In this document: positions 46,283-58,168 of the stretch, one piece after another
Numbering within the stretch: the first letter of the stretch is position 1
Layout: every line of letters starts with the position of its first letter
Assembly: GCA_016871275.1 (NCBI GenBank)
Contig: VFZG01000005.1
Location: forward strand, 55,675-119,674
Direction: 5' to 3'
From: Acidimicrobiia bacterium
GTDB lineage: Bacteria > Acidobacteriota > Vicinamibacteria > Vicinamibacterales > UBA2999
DNA: 64,000 nt
The notes under the pieces: model-generated
The model's database searches: none
What the model was told of the DNA's origin: nothing
The model's input: the letters and a program-made list of their open reading frames with translations, nothing else
Position numbers and translations under genes: made by a program

Positions 46283-47445
46283 TGTTCTCGGACGACCCGC
46301 GTGCCGGCGAGGCGATCGTGCAGCGCGCGATGCTCGCTCGTGAACAGCACCGGCAGGTACGAAAGGCCGAGCGTGATGGGCACCAGCATGCATCCCAGCG
46401 CGCGGAGCATGCCACCCGTCGTATCCACCGGCCGGCCATCGTCGCCGATCACTCGCAGGCCGAGGATCATCTTGCCAATCGTCTGCCCGCCGGCTACCGT
46501 GAATGCCGCCACGTAGCCGAACGCGAGCAGCGCCAGGAATCCCACCAACGGCGCTGGCGGCAGAACGCGCAGATCCTCCACGGTGTTCTGCAGACCGGTG
46601 ACGCGCAGCGTGAGGAACAACACCGCCACGTCGACGCCAAGCAGCAACAGCAGATCGATCAGCCCGGCGCCGACACGAACGCCGAGCGACGGCGCCTCCA
46701 TCAACGATGCCACCGTCTCGGTGGCATCCCTGGCGGTGTCGGCGGTCTTCTGCGGGACGGCCGCCTCGAGATTGAGGGCGTCAATCCTCACCGGCCGCGT
46801 GGTGCGCGGCCGATTGCGCGGTAGTTCGGGCGTCGAGCGGCGAACCGCCAGCGGCGGACGCGCGGCCGGCGGAGGGACGAGAGGCGCATCGTAAAACGGC
46901 AAGGCGCCGTCATCGGTGGGGCTGGGCTCGATCCGTACGGGCGCGGGATCGAGTTCCGGCTCCGACAGCGGGCCGGTCGCCCGCTCCGAAGGCATCGGAG
47001 GCTCCGGCTCGATCGTCGGCTCCGGCTCCGGAACGATCTCCGGCGCCGCCGACTCAAGCACGGGTTCAAGCGCCGGATCGATCATCGGTTCGGGCAGGAA
47101 GGACGGTTCGGGCACTGGTTCCACTGACATGACCGGTGCGCACGGAGCCTCCACCACTTCTGGAGGTGGCGGCAGAACGAACACCCCGGGATCCGGCGCC
47201 ACGGTGCGCGCCGGCTCCGGCGTTCCGAACAATCGATCCAGGTCGAGTGCGGTGGCGCTCAACTTGTCGGTTTGCCGCCTGATCGGCGGCAGCTCGAAGT
47301 CGATGGCGCGTTCTGGCTGGTGATCGCTGCCGTGCAGCGCCAGCTCAGGTTCTGACGCAAACGGCGTAAGCGAGAAATCGTACTGACAGTTCCGGCAACG
47401 GTCGGTGGTCTCAAAGCCGAGATAACCGCATTTCGGACACTTCAT
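46279..47445 (-). CDS. zinc-ribbon / Pro-rich linker / RDD-domain membrane protein
   Basis: N-terminus MKCPKCGY....DRCRNCQY, about 200 aa of Pro/Glu-rich linker, then a C-terminal RDD-family TM domain (R.GAGLIDLLLL...GQTIGKM.LGLRV...DG). Confidence 0.8.
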   Translation of the reverse strand: MKCPKCGYLGFETTDRCRNCQYDFSLTPFASEPELALHGSDHQPERAIDFELPPIRRQTDKLSATALDLDRLFGTPEPARTVAPDPGVFVLPPPPEVVEAPCAPVMSVEPVPEPSFLPEPMIDPALEPVLESAAPEIVPEPEPTIEPEPPMPSERATGPLSEPELDPAPVRIEPSPTDDGALPFYDAPLVPPPAARPPLAVRRSTPELPRNRPRTTRPVRIDALNLEAAVPQKTADTARDATETVASLMEAPSLGVRVGAGLIDLLLLLGVDVAVLFLTLRVTGLQNTVEDLRVLPPAPLVGFLALLAFGYVAAFTVAGGQTIGKMILGLRVIGDDGRPVDTTGGMLRALGCMLVPITLGLSYLPVLFTSEHRALHDRLAGTRVVREQ

Positions 47446-48275
47446 TCTTTGGGTGACGTCACGGGAACGGACGCAGACGACGCCGATGACCTTTCGGCGC
47501 CGGCCACCGCCAGGAGTTCGCGTTGAATGTCAGCACGGAGCCGTTCGGCGTCGGGCCGGAGCGCGTCACCCACCGGCACACGGTCAAGAGCTCTCGAGGC
47601 GTCGCGGAGTTTACCGCCGGCAAACAGCGATCGCGCCTGCGACAAGTAGGCCTCCGTCGGCGACGGCAGCGGCAACGGCGCGGAGGGCGGAACAGCCGCC
47701 GCCGGCGTTGCCGTGGTCGCCTGCGCGGGGAACCACTCGGCCAACCCGTTGGGCGCGACCAGCACGAACGAAATGGCGCCAACCAACACAATCCCCGCCA
47801 GGGTGGCCCACCACATGGCGAGCGTGTCGCGCCGCCGATCCGCATCGCCTGCGGGAGCGGGGCGCGAGGACGGCCGTCGGCGCACGGGTACGGCGGCCGT
47901 CGCCGCGCTCTTCATGCCGGCATCAAGACGATCGATGCGGCCGAGTACCCCCAGCGCGACATCGTGTGACGCTCCCTGGTCGAGCGCATCGCTCAGCAGC
48001 GCCCGCGCCCGCACGACGTCTCCCTTGTCGAACGCCTCGAGCCCCTCGTGCACGAGCGCCTCGGAAATGCGCTGCCGCTCCGCCTGGGCGCTCCGGGCGC
48101 GATCGATGTAGGCGCGCGCGCGATCGTGGTTCCGATCGAGGAACAACACGCGCGTCCACAGGTTGATGGCTGGTTCGTAGTCCCCCGCAAAGTAGTGATC
48201 GAGGCCGGTCACGAGCAGCTGCTCGATGCGCGCCTCGTCATCGGCGCCCTGTTGCGCCTTCAGCGGGTCGTTCAT
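47442..48275 (-). CDS. single-pass membrane protein with a TPR-like N-domain
   Basis: ATG at 48275 (or 48299). The rest of the 484-aa track ORF runs antisense into the formimidoyltransferase gene. The protein reads HYFAGDYEPAINLWTRVLFLDRNHDRARAYIDRA, with a TM segment MWWATLAGIVLVGAISFVLV. Confidence 0.65.
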   Translation of the reverse strand: MNDPLKAQQGADDEARIEQLLVTGLDHYFAGDYEPAINLWTRVLFLDRNHDRARAYIDRARSAQAERQRISEALVHEGLEAFDKGDVVRARALLSDALDQGASHDVALGVLGRIDRLDAGMKSAATAAVPVRRRPSSRPAPAGDADRRRDTLAMWWATLAGIVLVGAISFVLVAPNGLAEWFPAQATTATPAAAVPPSAPLPLPSPTEAYLSQARSLFAGGKLRDASRALDRVPVGDALRPDAERLRADIQRELLAVAGAERSSASSASVPVTSPKE

Positions 48276-48395
48276 GTAGGTTGCGTCGCAGTATAGCATC
48301 CGCCTTGGCTCGCAGGAATAGCCGCGCGAGCCACCAAGAGACCCGCCGACGCGGCCCTCGGCCGCGGAGGCGGGCTTACGGTAAGCTGAACCGAC

Positions 48396-49278
48396 ATGGC
48401 CGTCATCGAATGTGTCCCCAACATCAGTGAAGGGCGCCGCCAGGAAGTGATCGACCGGCTCGCCGACTCGTTGCGGGCGGTGCCCGGCATGCGGGTGCTC
48501 GACGTCCAGTCCGACGCCACTCACAACCGCTCCGTGTTGACCCTGGCCGGTGATGCCGCAGCCATGACCGCCGGCATCCCCACACTCTTTGAAGGCGCGA
48601 TCGCGGCAATCGATCTGACCTCGCACACCGGCGCACATCCCCGCATGGGCGCCGTGGACGTGACGCCGTTCATTCCCATCGACGGCGTGACCATGGCGGA
48701 GTGCGTGGCGCTGGCGAAGGCGGTGGCGCAGGACGTGGCCTCGCGGTTCAACCTCCCGGTGTTCCTCTACGAGGATGCGTCGAGCAACCCCGAGCGCAAG
48801 AACCTCGAAGACATCCGCCGCGGCGAATTCGAGGGCCTGGCGGCGAAGATGGCCAAGCCCGGCTGGGCACCCGACTTCGGCCCCGCCACGCCCCACCCGA
48901 CCGCCGGGGCCTCGGTGATCGGCGCCCGCATGCCGCTCATCGCCTACAACATCAACCTCGCCACCAATCGGCTCGATGTCGCCAGGAAGATCGCCACCGC
49001 CATTCGCATGAGCAGCGGGGGCTTGCGCTACGTCAAGGCAATGGGTATCCCGCTCGAGGATCGGGGCATTGTTCAGGTATCGATGAACCTCACGAACTAC
49101 GAGAAGACTCCCCTGTTCCGGGTGTTCGAGCTCGTCAAGCGGGAGGCCGAGCGCTACGGTGTCAGCGTGCTGGAGAGCGAGATCGTCGGACTCGTGCCCG
49201 CCGCGGCATTACGGCAGTCGGTCGAGTGGTACTTGCGGCTGGAGGGTTTCTCGGCAGATCAGGTCCTGGAAAACAAGC

Positions 49279-49301
<23 letters not shown>
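48396..49301 (+). CDS. glutamate formimidoyltransferase
   Basis: VIECVPNISEGRR.EVI........V.G..VLDV..D..HNRSV.T..G. Confidence 0.88.
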
Positions 49302-50646
<1,345 letters not shown>

Positions 50647-50752
50647 CTAATGGCTCACACGCCCGCGACCACACGTGGCCGTCCCGAAGGAACCGCCCGA
50701 AGGCTCGGCATGAGAGGACACCGCGTTCAGGCCCACCGGTTGATACGCTCCA

Positions 50753-53047
50753 TCAACAGGGTAACTCAATGATGAATCTGGTGCCGTTCGGCACGTTGTC
50801 GGTCACATCGATGCTGCCGCCATGCTCGGCGACGATGCGCCGCACAATCGCCAGCCCGAGACCGCTGCCGCGGCCTTTGGTCGAGTAGTACGGCAAGAAC
50901 AGCTTGTCGCGCTCGGCCTTTGGAATGCCAGGACCGGTGTCGGCGACCACGATCCGCACGAGACTGTTCGACACGTCGCGGCCGGTCTCGATGACAATCG
51001 TCCCCTGCCGGCCCATCGCCTCGATGGCGTTGTCGATCAGGTTGATCATCACGCGCTTCATCTGCTCCGGATCCAGCCGCGCCGACGTGACGTCCGCGTC
51101 GTAGTGCTTCTGGAAGTCGACCGCGGCAAACAGCCCATCGTACAGCGCGAGCGTGTCGTTCAGGAACGCGGGCAGCCCGGTCGCTACGGCGCGCGGCGCC
51201 GGCATGCGCGCGAACTGCGAGAACTCATCGACCAATCCCTTCAGCGATTCGACTTCGCCGATGATCGTCGAGGTGCACTCCTGCACCAGCTCCTGCAGCG
51301 GCGGCGCGACGCCACCCAGCTTGCGGCGCAGCCGCTCGGCCGACAACTGAATCGGCGTCAGCGGATTCTTGATCTCGTGCGCCAGCCGGCGCGCCACTTC
51401 GCGCCAGGCCGCCACCTTCTGCGCCCGAATCAGCGGCGTGACATCGTCGACCACCAGCACCGTGCCGTCGAAGCCGCCGTCGCGGCCGACGCGGGTGGCG
51501 GCGGCGACCACATGCCGCTCACGGCCGTCGCGCACCACTGCCACTTCCTGCGCGAACGAATCCACGCGGGCGCGCGCCGCCTGATCGAGCACGTCGTTCA
51601 CCGGGCCGAGATCCGGACGTGCGAAGACATCGACGGCCGGCTGCCCAATGACGTCGTCCGTCAACTCCAGCAGGCGCATCGCCGACGGATTGATGGTGCC
51701 GATCCGGCCGCCGCGGTCGATCGAGACGACGCCGGTGGCGATCCGTTCGAGGATCGCCTCGATGTAGCGGCGGCGCCCCTCGCCTTCGTCATGCTTGCGT
51801 TCGAGATCGAGCGTGGCGCGCTCGAGGCGGCGACGGCTCTGCGCCACTTCGGCGGCCATCGCATTGAAGGCGTCCACCATCGAGCCGAACTCGTCGGTGC
51901 CCTCGTGCTCGATGCGGTGATCGTAGTGACCGGCGCCGATTTCGCGCGCCGCTTCCGAGAGCATCTGCACCGGCCGGGTAATGCGCTTGGCGAGGTAGAG
52001 CCCCATCCAGGTGGAGCCGACCAGGATCAGCAGCGTGACCATGACGAAGAACGACACGTACACGCCGGCCAGCGGCTGCTTGAGCACGCGCAGCTGCGTG
52101 TAGTCTTCGTAGGCCTGCGACATGCGCCGGGCACGTTCCGCCAATTCTCCGGACAAATAGTCGCTGGCCACGACGGCGCCGGTGATTTGCCCCGACGAAG
52201 TGCGAACCGCGGTCGCGACGTGTTTCAGCACGCCGCCGGCGGCCATCGGCTCCTCGATGCTCGGGGTCGGTTCCTGGCCGCTGACGGCGCGCGCCGCCAG
52301 GCGATCCGCCGAACCTCGCGCCCATCCCTGGGGCATCGAGGGGGCGGCGACCACGACCATCGACACCACGTCGGCCGACTCGGCCGTGCGCACGATCCGA
52401 TAGACCTGCACCATGCCGATGCGCTGGCCGGTGACCTCGGGCGTGACCGTCGCCTGCGCGTTGGCTGCGTCGCCGGCCGTCAGGTCCACACGGCTCAACG
52501 AGCGCGCCAGTCGCGTCGCCTGGTCGGCGATGATGCGTTCGCGCTCCCGGTAGTAATCGCCGGCAATGCTGTTGGCGCCCTGGAGAATCTCTTCCATCGG
52601 CGCGTTGAACCAGCGATCCACCGCCGTCATCACCACGCGACTGCCAACGATCAGCACCAGCACCGCGGGAATGATCGTCATGCCCAGCAGCGCCAGCACC
52701 AGCTTGGCGCGGAACCGGCCGAACGGCAGCCCACGCCGGCTCTCCATCATCGACTTGATGACGTTGCGCGCCAGCACGAACGCCAGCGCCACCAGCATGG
52801 TGATGTTCGTCGCCGACAGCGCGATCAACACCACTTCCGTGAGGAAGTCCGGCGACAACGTCGACGTGCGATCGGCGAGCCACACGATGACGCCGAGCAT
52901 CGCCGCCAGCACGACGATGCCGGCGAGGATCAGCGGTGGGTTGTCGCGAAACGGCCGCCGCCTGCCGCGAGCCGGGTCGAGGGCCGCAGGCGCCGCCGAC
53001 TTGGCTTCCGGACGCGACGCTGAGCTCGGCGGCTTGGCGGCTGCCAC
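50753..53047 (-). CDS. NtrY-like sensor histidine kinase (multi-TM, HAMP, PAS, HisKA, HATPase)
   Basis: H-box HEIKNPLTPIQLSAERL, N-box/G-box DNA.EAM...DTGPGI, and GSGLGLAIV. Confidence 0.9.
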   Translation of the reverse strand: MAAAKPPSSASRPEAKSAAPAALDPARGRRRPFRDNPPLILAGIVVLAAMLGVIVWLADRTSTLSPDFLTEVVLIALSATNITMLVALAFVLARNVIKSMMESRRGLPFGRFRAKLVLALLGMTIIPAVLVLIVGSRVVMTAVDRWFNAPMEEILQGANSIAGDYYRERERIIADQATRLARSLSRVDLTAGDAANAQATVTPEVTGQRIGMVQVYRIVRTAESADVVSMVVVAAPSMPQGWARGSADRLAARAVSGQEPTPSIEEPMAAGGVLKHVATAVRTSSGQITGAVVASDYLSGELAERARRMSQAYEDYTQLRVLKQPLAGVYVSFFVMVTLLILVGSTWMGLYLAKRITRPVQMLSEAAREIGAGHYDHRIEHEGTDEFGSMVDAFNAMAAEVAQSRRRLERATLDLERKHDEGEGRRRYIEAILERIATGVVSIDRGGRIGTINPSAMRLLELTDDVIGQPAVDVFARPDLGPVNDVLDQAARARVDSFAQEVAVVRDGRERHVVAAATRVGRDGGFDGTVLVVDDVTPLIRAQKVAAWREVARRLAHEIKNPLTPIQLSAERLRRKLGGVAPPLQELVQECTSTIIGEVESLKGLVDEFSQFARMPAPRAVATGLPAFLNDTLALYDGLFAAVDFQKHYDADVTSARLDPEQMKRVMINLIDNAIEAMGRQGTIVIETGRDVSNSLVRIVVADTGPGIPKAERDKLFLPYYSTKGRGSGLGLAIVRRIVAEHGGSIDVTDNVPNGTRFIIELPC

Positions 53048-53053
53048 CCCGGC

Positions 53054-53518
53054 TTACTCCTTGTGCCCTTTCAACGCCCGCACTTCGTGCGCGAAGTCGT
53101 CTACGTCGCGGAAGTCGCGGTAGACCGACGCGAAGCGGACGTAGGCCACCTGGTCGAGCTTCTTCAGCTCCGACATGACGTGCGCGCCGAGCTCCCGGCC
53201 GGTGATCTCGCGCTCGGGACGATCGTTGAGAATCTGTTCGGCGCGATCGGCGATCTCGTCGATGTTGGCGGGCTTGATCGGCCGCTTCTCGCACGCCTTG
53301 AGCACACCGGCGACCAGCTTCGATCGCTCGAACCGTTCGCGCGTGCCGTCCTTCTTCACGACCATATACGGGATCTCTTCGATCCGCTCGTAGCTCGTGA
53401 AGCGCTTCTTGCACTGGTCGTTGAGGCACTGGCGCCGGCGGCGGATCACATCGCCCTCTCGGCTCTCGCGCGAGTCGACAACCTTATCGCCGATGTCACC
53501 GCAGAACGGACATTTCAC
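53054..53518 (-). CDS. nrdR: transcriptional repressor NrdR
   Basis: MKCPFCG.....VVDSR......IRRRR.C and an ATP-cone domain. Confidence 0.95.
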   Translation of the reverse strand: MKCPFCGDIGDKVVDSRESREGDVIRRRRQCLNDQCKKRFTSYERIEEIPYMVVKKDGTRERFERSKLVAGVLKACEKRPIKPANIDEIADRAEQILNDRPEREITGRELGAHVMSELKKLDQVAYVRFASVYRDFRDVDDFAHEVRALKGHKE

Positions 53519-54522
53519 CCCAGTTCTCCCCTTGCCACGCCGTCCAGCCTCAATCCCTCTTGCACCATGAAGAGCAGGCCAACCGCGATGGCCGGCACCA
53601 CCGAGAAGGCGTGCAGCACAATCGCCGCGCCGATCGCGGTGTCGTTGTCGGCGGCGAAGAACGCCGTGGCGCCAATCCGGTAGGCTTCATGAAACCCGCC
53701 GACGCCGCCGGGGGTCGGCACCGCGACACCGACGACCAGCGGGGCCAACATCAGCCACGAGCCCGTCAACGGCATGTCGATGCCAAACGCCCGCGACGCG
53801 GACCAGATGCCGCCCGCGATCATCAGCCACACCACCACCGACCAGGCCATCGCCGCCACCAGGCGCGGCCATTGCCGGACAACGCCGAAACCCTCCGCGA
53901 ATGTCTGCGCGAGACCCGCGACGATCGTCGCAAACCTCGCCGGCAGAATCGCCTGCGCCTTCAACACCCAGGTGTGCAGCTGGTCCGGGTGCCCGGCCAT
54001 GAAGAACATCACCCCCATGGCCACCAGCGCCACCGGCGCCATCACCAGTCCGCCGAACCGAATCGCACTGAACACCGCCAAGTCGCGGGCCTCGAGACCC
54101 GGGTCGAACCAGATCAGGAACGCCGCCAGCAGCACCAGCACCGCGGCGAGATCGAGAATGCGCTCGAGCAGAATCGTCGCCAACGCCGCTGTGACGCTGA
54201 GCCCCTCGCGCCGCGCGAGCAGATACGGCCGGATGACTTCGCCGGCGCGCGCCGGCAGCAGCGCCGACGCGCCAAACCCAATCACCGTCGTTCGAAACAC
54301 CGTCCAGAACCGCGTCTTCCCCAGCGGCGCCAGCAAGTAGTGCCAGCGTTCCGCCCGCACGATGAAGGTGGCGTTTGTCAACAGCAGCGACAGCAGAAGG
54401 TAATCCATCCTCGCCGACAGCATCGACGCCCACACCCGGCTCAAGTCCGCTTCGCGAAGGAAAACGGCAATGAGGCCGACGGCCAGGCCGATGACGATGA
54501 CCGTCCTGAGGATGTTGCGCAA
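53515..54522 (-). CDS. UPF0104 / lysylphosphatidylglycerol-synthase TM-region-like membrane protein
   Basis: 335 aa with about 8 TM segments. The RAGE..RPYLL motif is present as PARAGEVIRPYLLARR. Confidence 0.75.
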   Translation of the reverse strand: MRNILRTVIVIGLAVGLIAVFLREADLSRVWASMLSARMDYLLLSLLLTNATFIVRAERWHYLLAPLGKTRFWTVFRTTVIGFGASALLPARAGEVIRPYLLARREGLSVTAALATILLERILDLAAVLVLLAAFLIWFDPGLEARDLAVFSAIRFGGLVMAPVALVAMGVMFFMAGHPDQLHTWVLKAQAILPARFATIVAGLAQTFAEGFGVVRQWPRLVAAMAWSVVVWLMIAGGIWSASRAFGIDMPLTGSWLMLAPLVVGVAVPTPGGVGGFHEAYRIGATAFFAADNDTAIGAAIVLHAFSVVPAIAVGLLFMVQEGLRLDGVARGELG

Positions 54523-54625
54523 GTCCTTTCCATACTACCGGATGTGGCGCATTCGAGACACACCCAACCGATAGGCGTTCCACCTTCGCTCGTCTGCGGC
54601 CCTCGAGCTGCGGCGAGACTTCGCC

Positions 54626-55612
54626 TTGCGCGTGATTCGTGCCGCGTTTACCATGTGGACGCCCGCCGTCGCACAGGCTGCGGCGAGGCAGGCTTTCACG
54701 CGAGCGCCCGTGCCTTCACACGTTCTCTTAGACACGACACTAGACGGTCTGTCCCTGGTCCGCCGCGGCAAGGTTCGCGATGTCTATGCGGCCGGCGACC
54801 ACCTGCTCCTGGTCGCGACCGATCGTATTTCCGCGTTCGATTACGTCCTCGGATCGGGCATCCCCGACAAGGGCCGCGTCCTCAACCAGCTCTCCGCGTT
54901 CTGGTTCGCGCGCACCGGTCACATCATCACCAACCACGTGATCTCGACCGAGGTCGCCGACTATCCGGACAGCGCCCGGGTCTACGCCGATCAGCTCGAG
55001 GGGCGATCGATGCTGGCGCGCAGGACGACGCCCCTGCCCGTCGAGTGCGTCGCGCGCGGCTACCTCTCTGGCTCCGGCTGGAAGGACTACCAGGCGACCG
55101 GCGAGGTGTGCGGCATTCCGCTCCCGAACGGCCTGCGCGAATCCGATCGGCTGCCTGGGCCGATCTTCACGCCCGCCACGAAGGCTGACTCCGGGCACGA
55201 CCAGAACATCAGCGAAGCGGCGGCCGCGGCGGTGGTCGGCGCCGAACTGCTGGCGCGCCTCAAGACACTCACGCTCGAGTTGTATACCCATGGCGTGGCG
55301 CACGCCGAGACCAGGGGCATCATCCTCGCGGACACAAAGTTCGAGTTTGGCCTGACCGACAGCGGCGAGCTGCTCTTAATCGACGAGATGATGACGCCAG
55401 ACTCCTCGCGCTACTGGCCCATCGACGCCTACGCACCAGGTGGGCCGCAACCCAGCTTCGACAAGCAGTACGTGCGTGATTACCTCGAGTCGATTCAGTG
55501 GAACAAGCAGCCGCCCGTGCCGTCCCTGCCCGATGACGTCGTCCAGAACACCCGCGCCAAGTACGTGGACGCCTATCGCCGGCTGACCGGTCGTGAGCTC
55601 GTCGTTGCATAA
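54626..55612 (+). CDS. purC: phosphoribosylaminoimidazole-succinocarboxamide synthase (long form)
   Basis: RGKVRDVY......LLLVATDRISAFD and LADTKFEFG. The start is uncertain; ATG at 54653 is an alternative. Confidence 0.88.
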   Translation: MRVIRAAFTMWTPAVAQAAARQAFTRAPVPSHVLLDTTLDGLSLVRRGKVRDVYAAGDHLLLVATDRISAFDYVLGSGIPDKGRVLNQLSAFWFARTGHIITNHVISTEVADYPDSARVYADQLEGRSMLARRTTPLPVECVARGYLSGSGWKDYQATGEVCGIPLPNGLRESDRLPGPIFTPATKADSGHDQNISEAAAAAVVGAELLARLKTLTLELYTHGVAHAETRGIILADTKFEFGLTDSGELLLIDEMMTPDSSRYWPIDAYAPGGPQPSFDKQYVRDYLESIQWNKQPPVPSLPDDVVQNTRAKYVDAYRRLTGRELVVA

Positions 55613-55805
55613 GCTGCTCGAACAGCTCGTCGCGCAGATGGTCGAGAAAGGCATCGACTACCACGATGCCGTCCGCGAGTTCGATCGCCGCTTCATTGCC
55701 GAGGTGATGCGCAAGACCGACGGCAACCTGTCGCGTGCCGCCGGAACGCTTGGGGTTCACAGGAATACGCTGTCGCGCAAGATCAAGGATCTGAAGATCA
55801 AGTGA
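55593..55805 (+). CDS. small Fis-family HTH DNA-binding protein
   Basis: 70 aa ending GNLSRAAGTLGVHRNTLSRKIKDL. It overlaps the purC end. Confidence 0.7.
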   Translation: MSSSLHKLLEQLVAQMVEKGIDYHDAVREFDRRFIAEVMRKTDGNLSRAAGTLGVHRNTLSRKIKDLKIK

Positions 55806-55807
55806 AC

Positions 55808-55871
55808 ATTGGGTGATTGGGTAATTCCCTGATTCCTTGACTGTTGGGTGATTGCCAATTGCCAATCGCCA
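55808..55871. repeat. array of degenerate 7-8-mers in pairs (ATTGGGTG x2, ATTCCYTG x2, ATTGCCA x2 plus ATCGCCA)
   Basis: Read directly from the sequence. The array begins 3 nt after the Fis-HTH stop. Confidence 0.8.
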
Positions 55872-55962
55872 AATACTTCGGCGATTGCAGATGGCCCAAC
55901 CGCCCAACCCTCAAGAAATCAAGCCATCACCCCACTCGTCAATAGTCCAGTCCCCCCTGCCC

Positions 55963-55991
55963 TTGACGCCACCCGTGCGGCCCGCTATCAT
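55963..55991 (+). promoter_or_regulatory. sigma70-type promoter of groESL
   Basis: TTGACG (55963-68), a 17-nt spacer, then TATCAT (55986-91). Confidence 0.6.
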
Positions 55992-56017
55992 TAGCAGTTG
56001 TGCATGTCGACTGCTAG
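55991..56017 (+). promoter_or_regulatory. CIRCE-like HrcA operator
   Basis: TTAGCAGTT-N9-GACTGCTAG compared with the consensus TTAGCACTC-N9-GAGTGCTAA. It abuts the -10 hexamer and lies upstream of groES. Confidence 0.7.
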
Positions 56018-56100
56018 CTCACAGGCAGCTCGACTGCCAGCTCTGGTTCGGTAACAGGTTCACGGGTTCAATAGTTCATCAGTTCGGGAGATCACCACAT

Positions 56101-56403
56101 ATGGCTTTGAGACCGCTCCACGACCGCATCCTCGTGCAGCGCATCGAGGAACAGGAACAGAAAGTCGGCGGCATCATCATCCCCGACTCCGCCAAGGAGA
56201 AGCCCCAGCAGGGCAAGGTTGTTGCCGTCGGCAACGGCAAGGTGGAGAAGGATGGCAAGCGCACGCCCCTCGATGTGAAAGACGGCGACACGATCCTGTT
56301 CGGCAAGTATTCGGGACAGGAAGTGCGGGTCGATGGCGAGGATTACCTGATCATGCGCGAAGACGAAGTGCTCGCGGTGATCGAGGGCGGCAAGAAGAAG
56401 TAA
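56101..56403 (+). CDS. groES: co-chaperonin GroES
   Basis: [44 protein letters not shown]. The upstream part of the track ORF (55852-) is non-coding. Confidence 0.95.
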   Translation: MALRPLHDRILVQRIEEQEQKVGGIIIPDSAKEKPQQGKVVAVGNGKVEKDGKRTPLDVKDGDTILFGKYSGQEVRVDGEDYLIMREDEVLAVIEGGKKK

Positions 56404-58062
<1,659 letters not shown>

Positions 58063-58111
58063 TGACTGGAGCCTGAAGTTTAAACCTTACACTTTCACGT
58101 TTAAACTCACA

Positions 58112-58148
58112 CGCCCGGGAGTGGAGACACTTCCGGGCGTTTTCTTTT
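58112..58148 (+). terminator. rho-independent terminator of groESL
   Basis: CGCCCGG - 14-nt loop - CCGGGCG, followed by TTTTCTTTTCC. Confidence 0.75.
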
Positions 58149-58168
58149 CCTGATTGCTGCGTCCGTCC

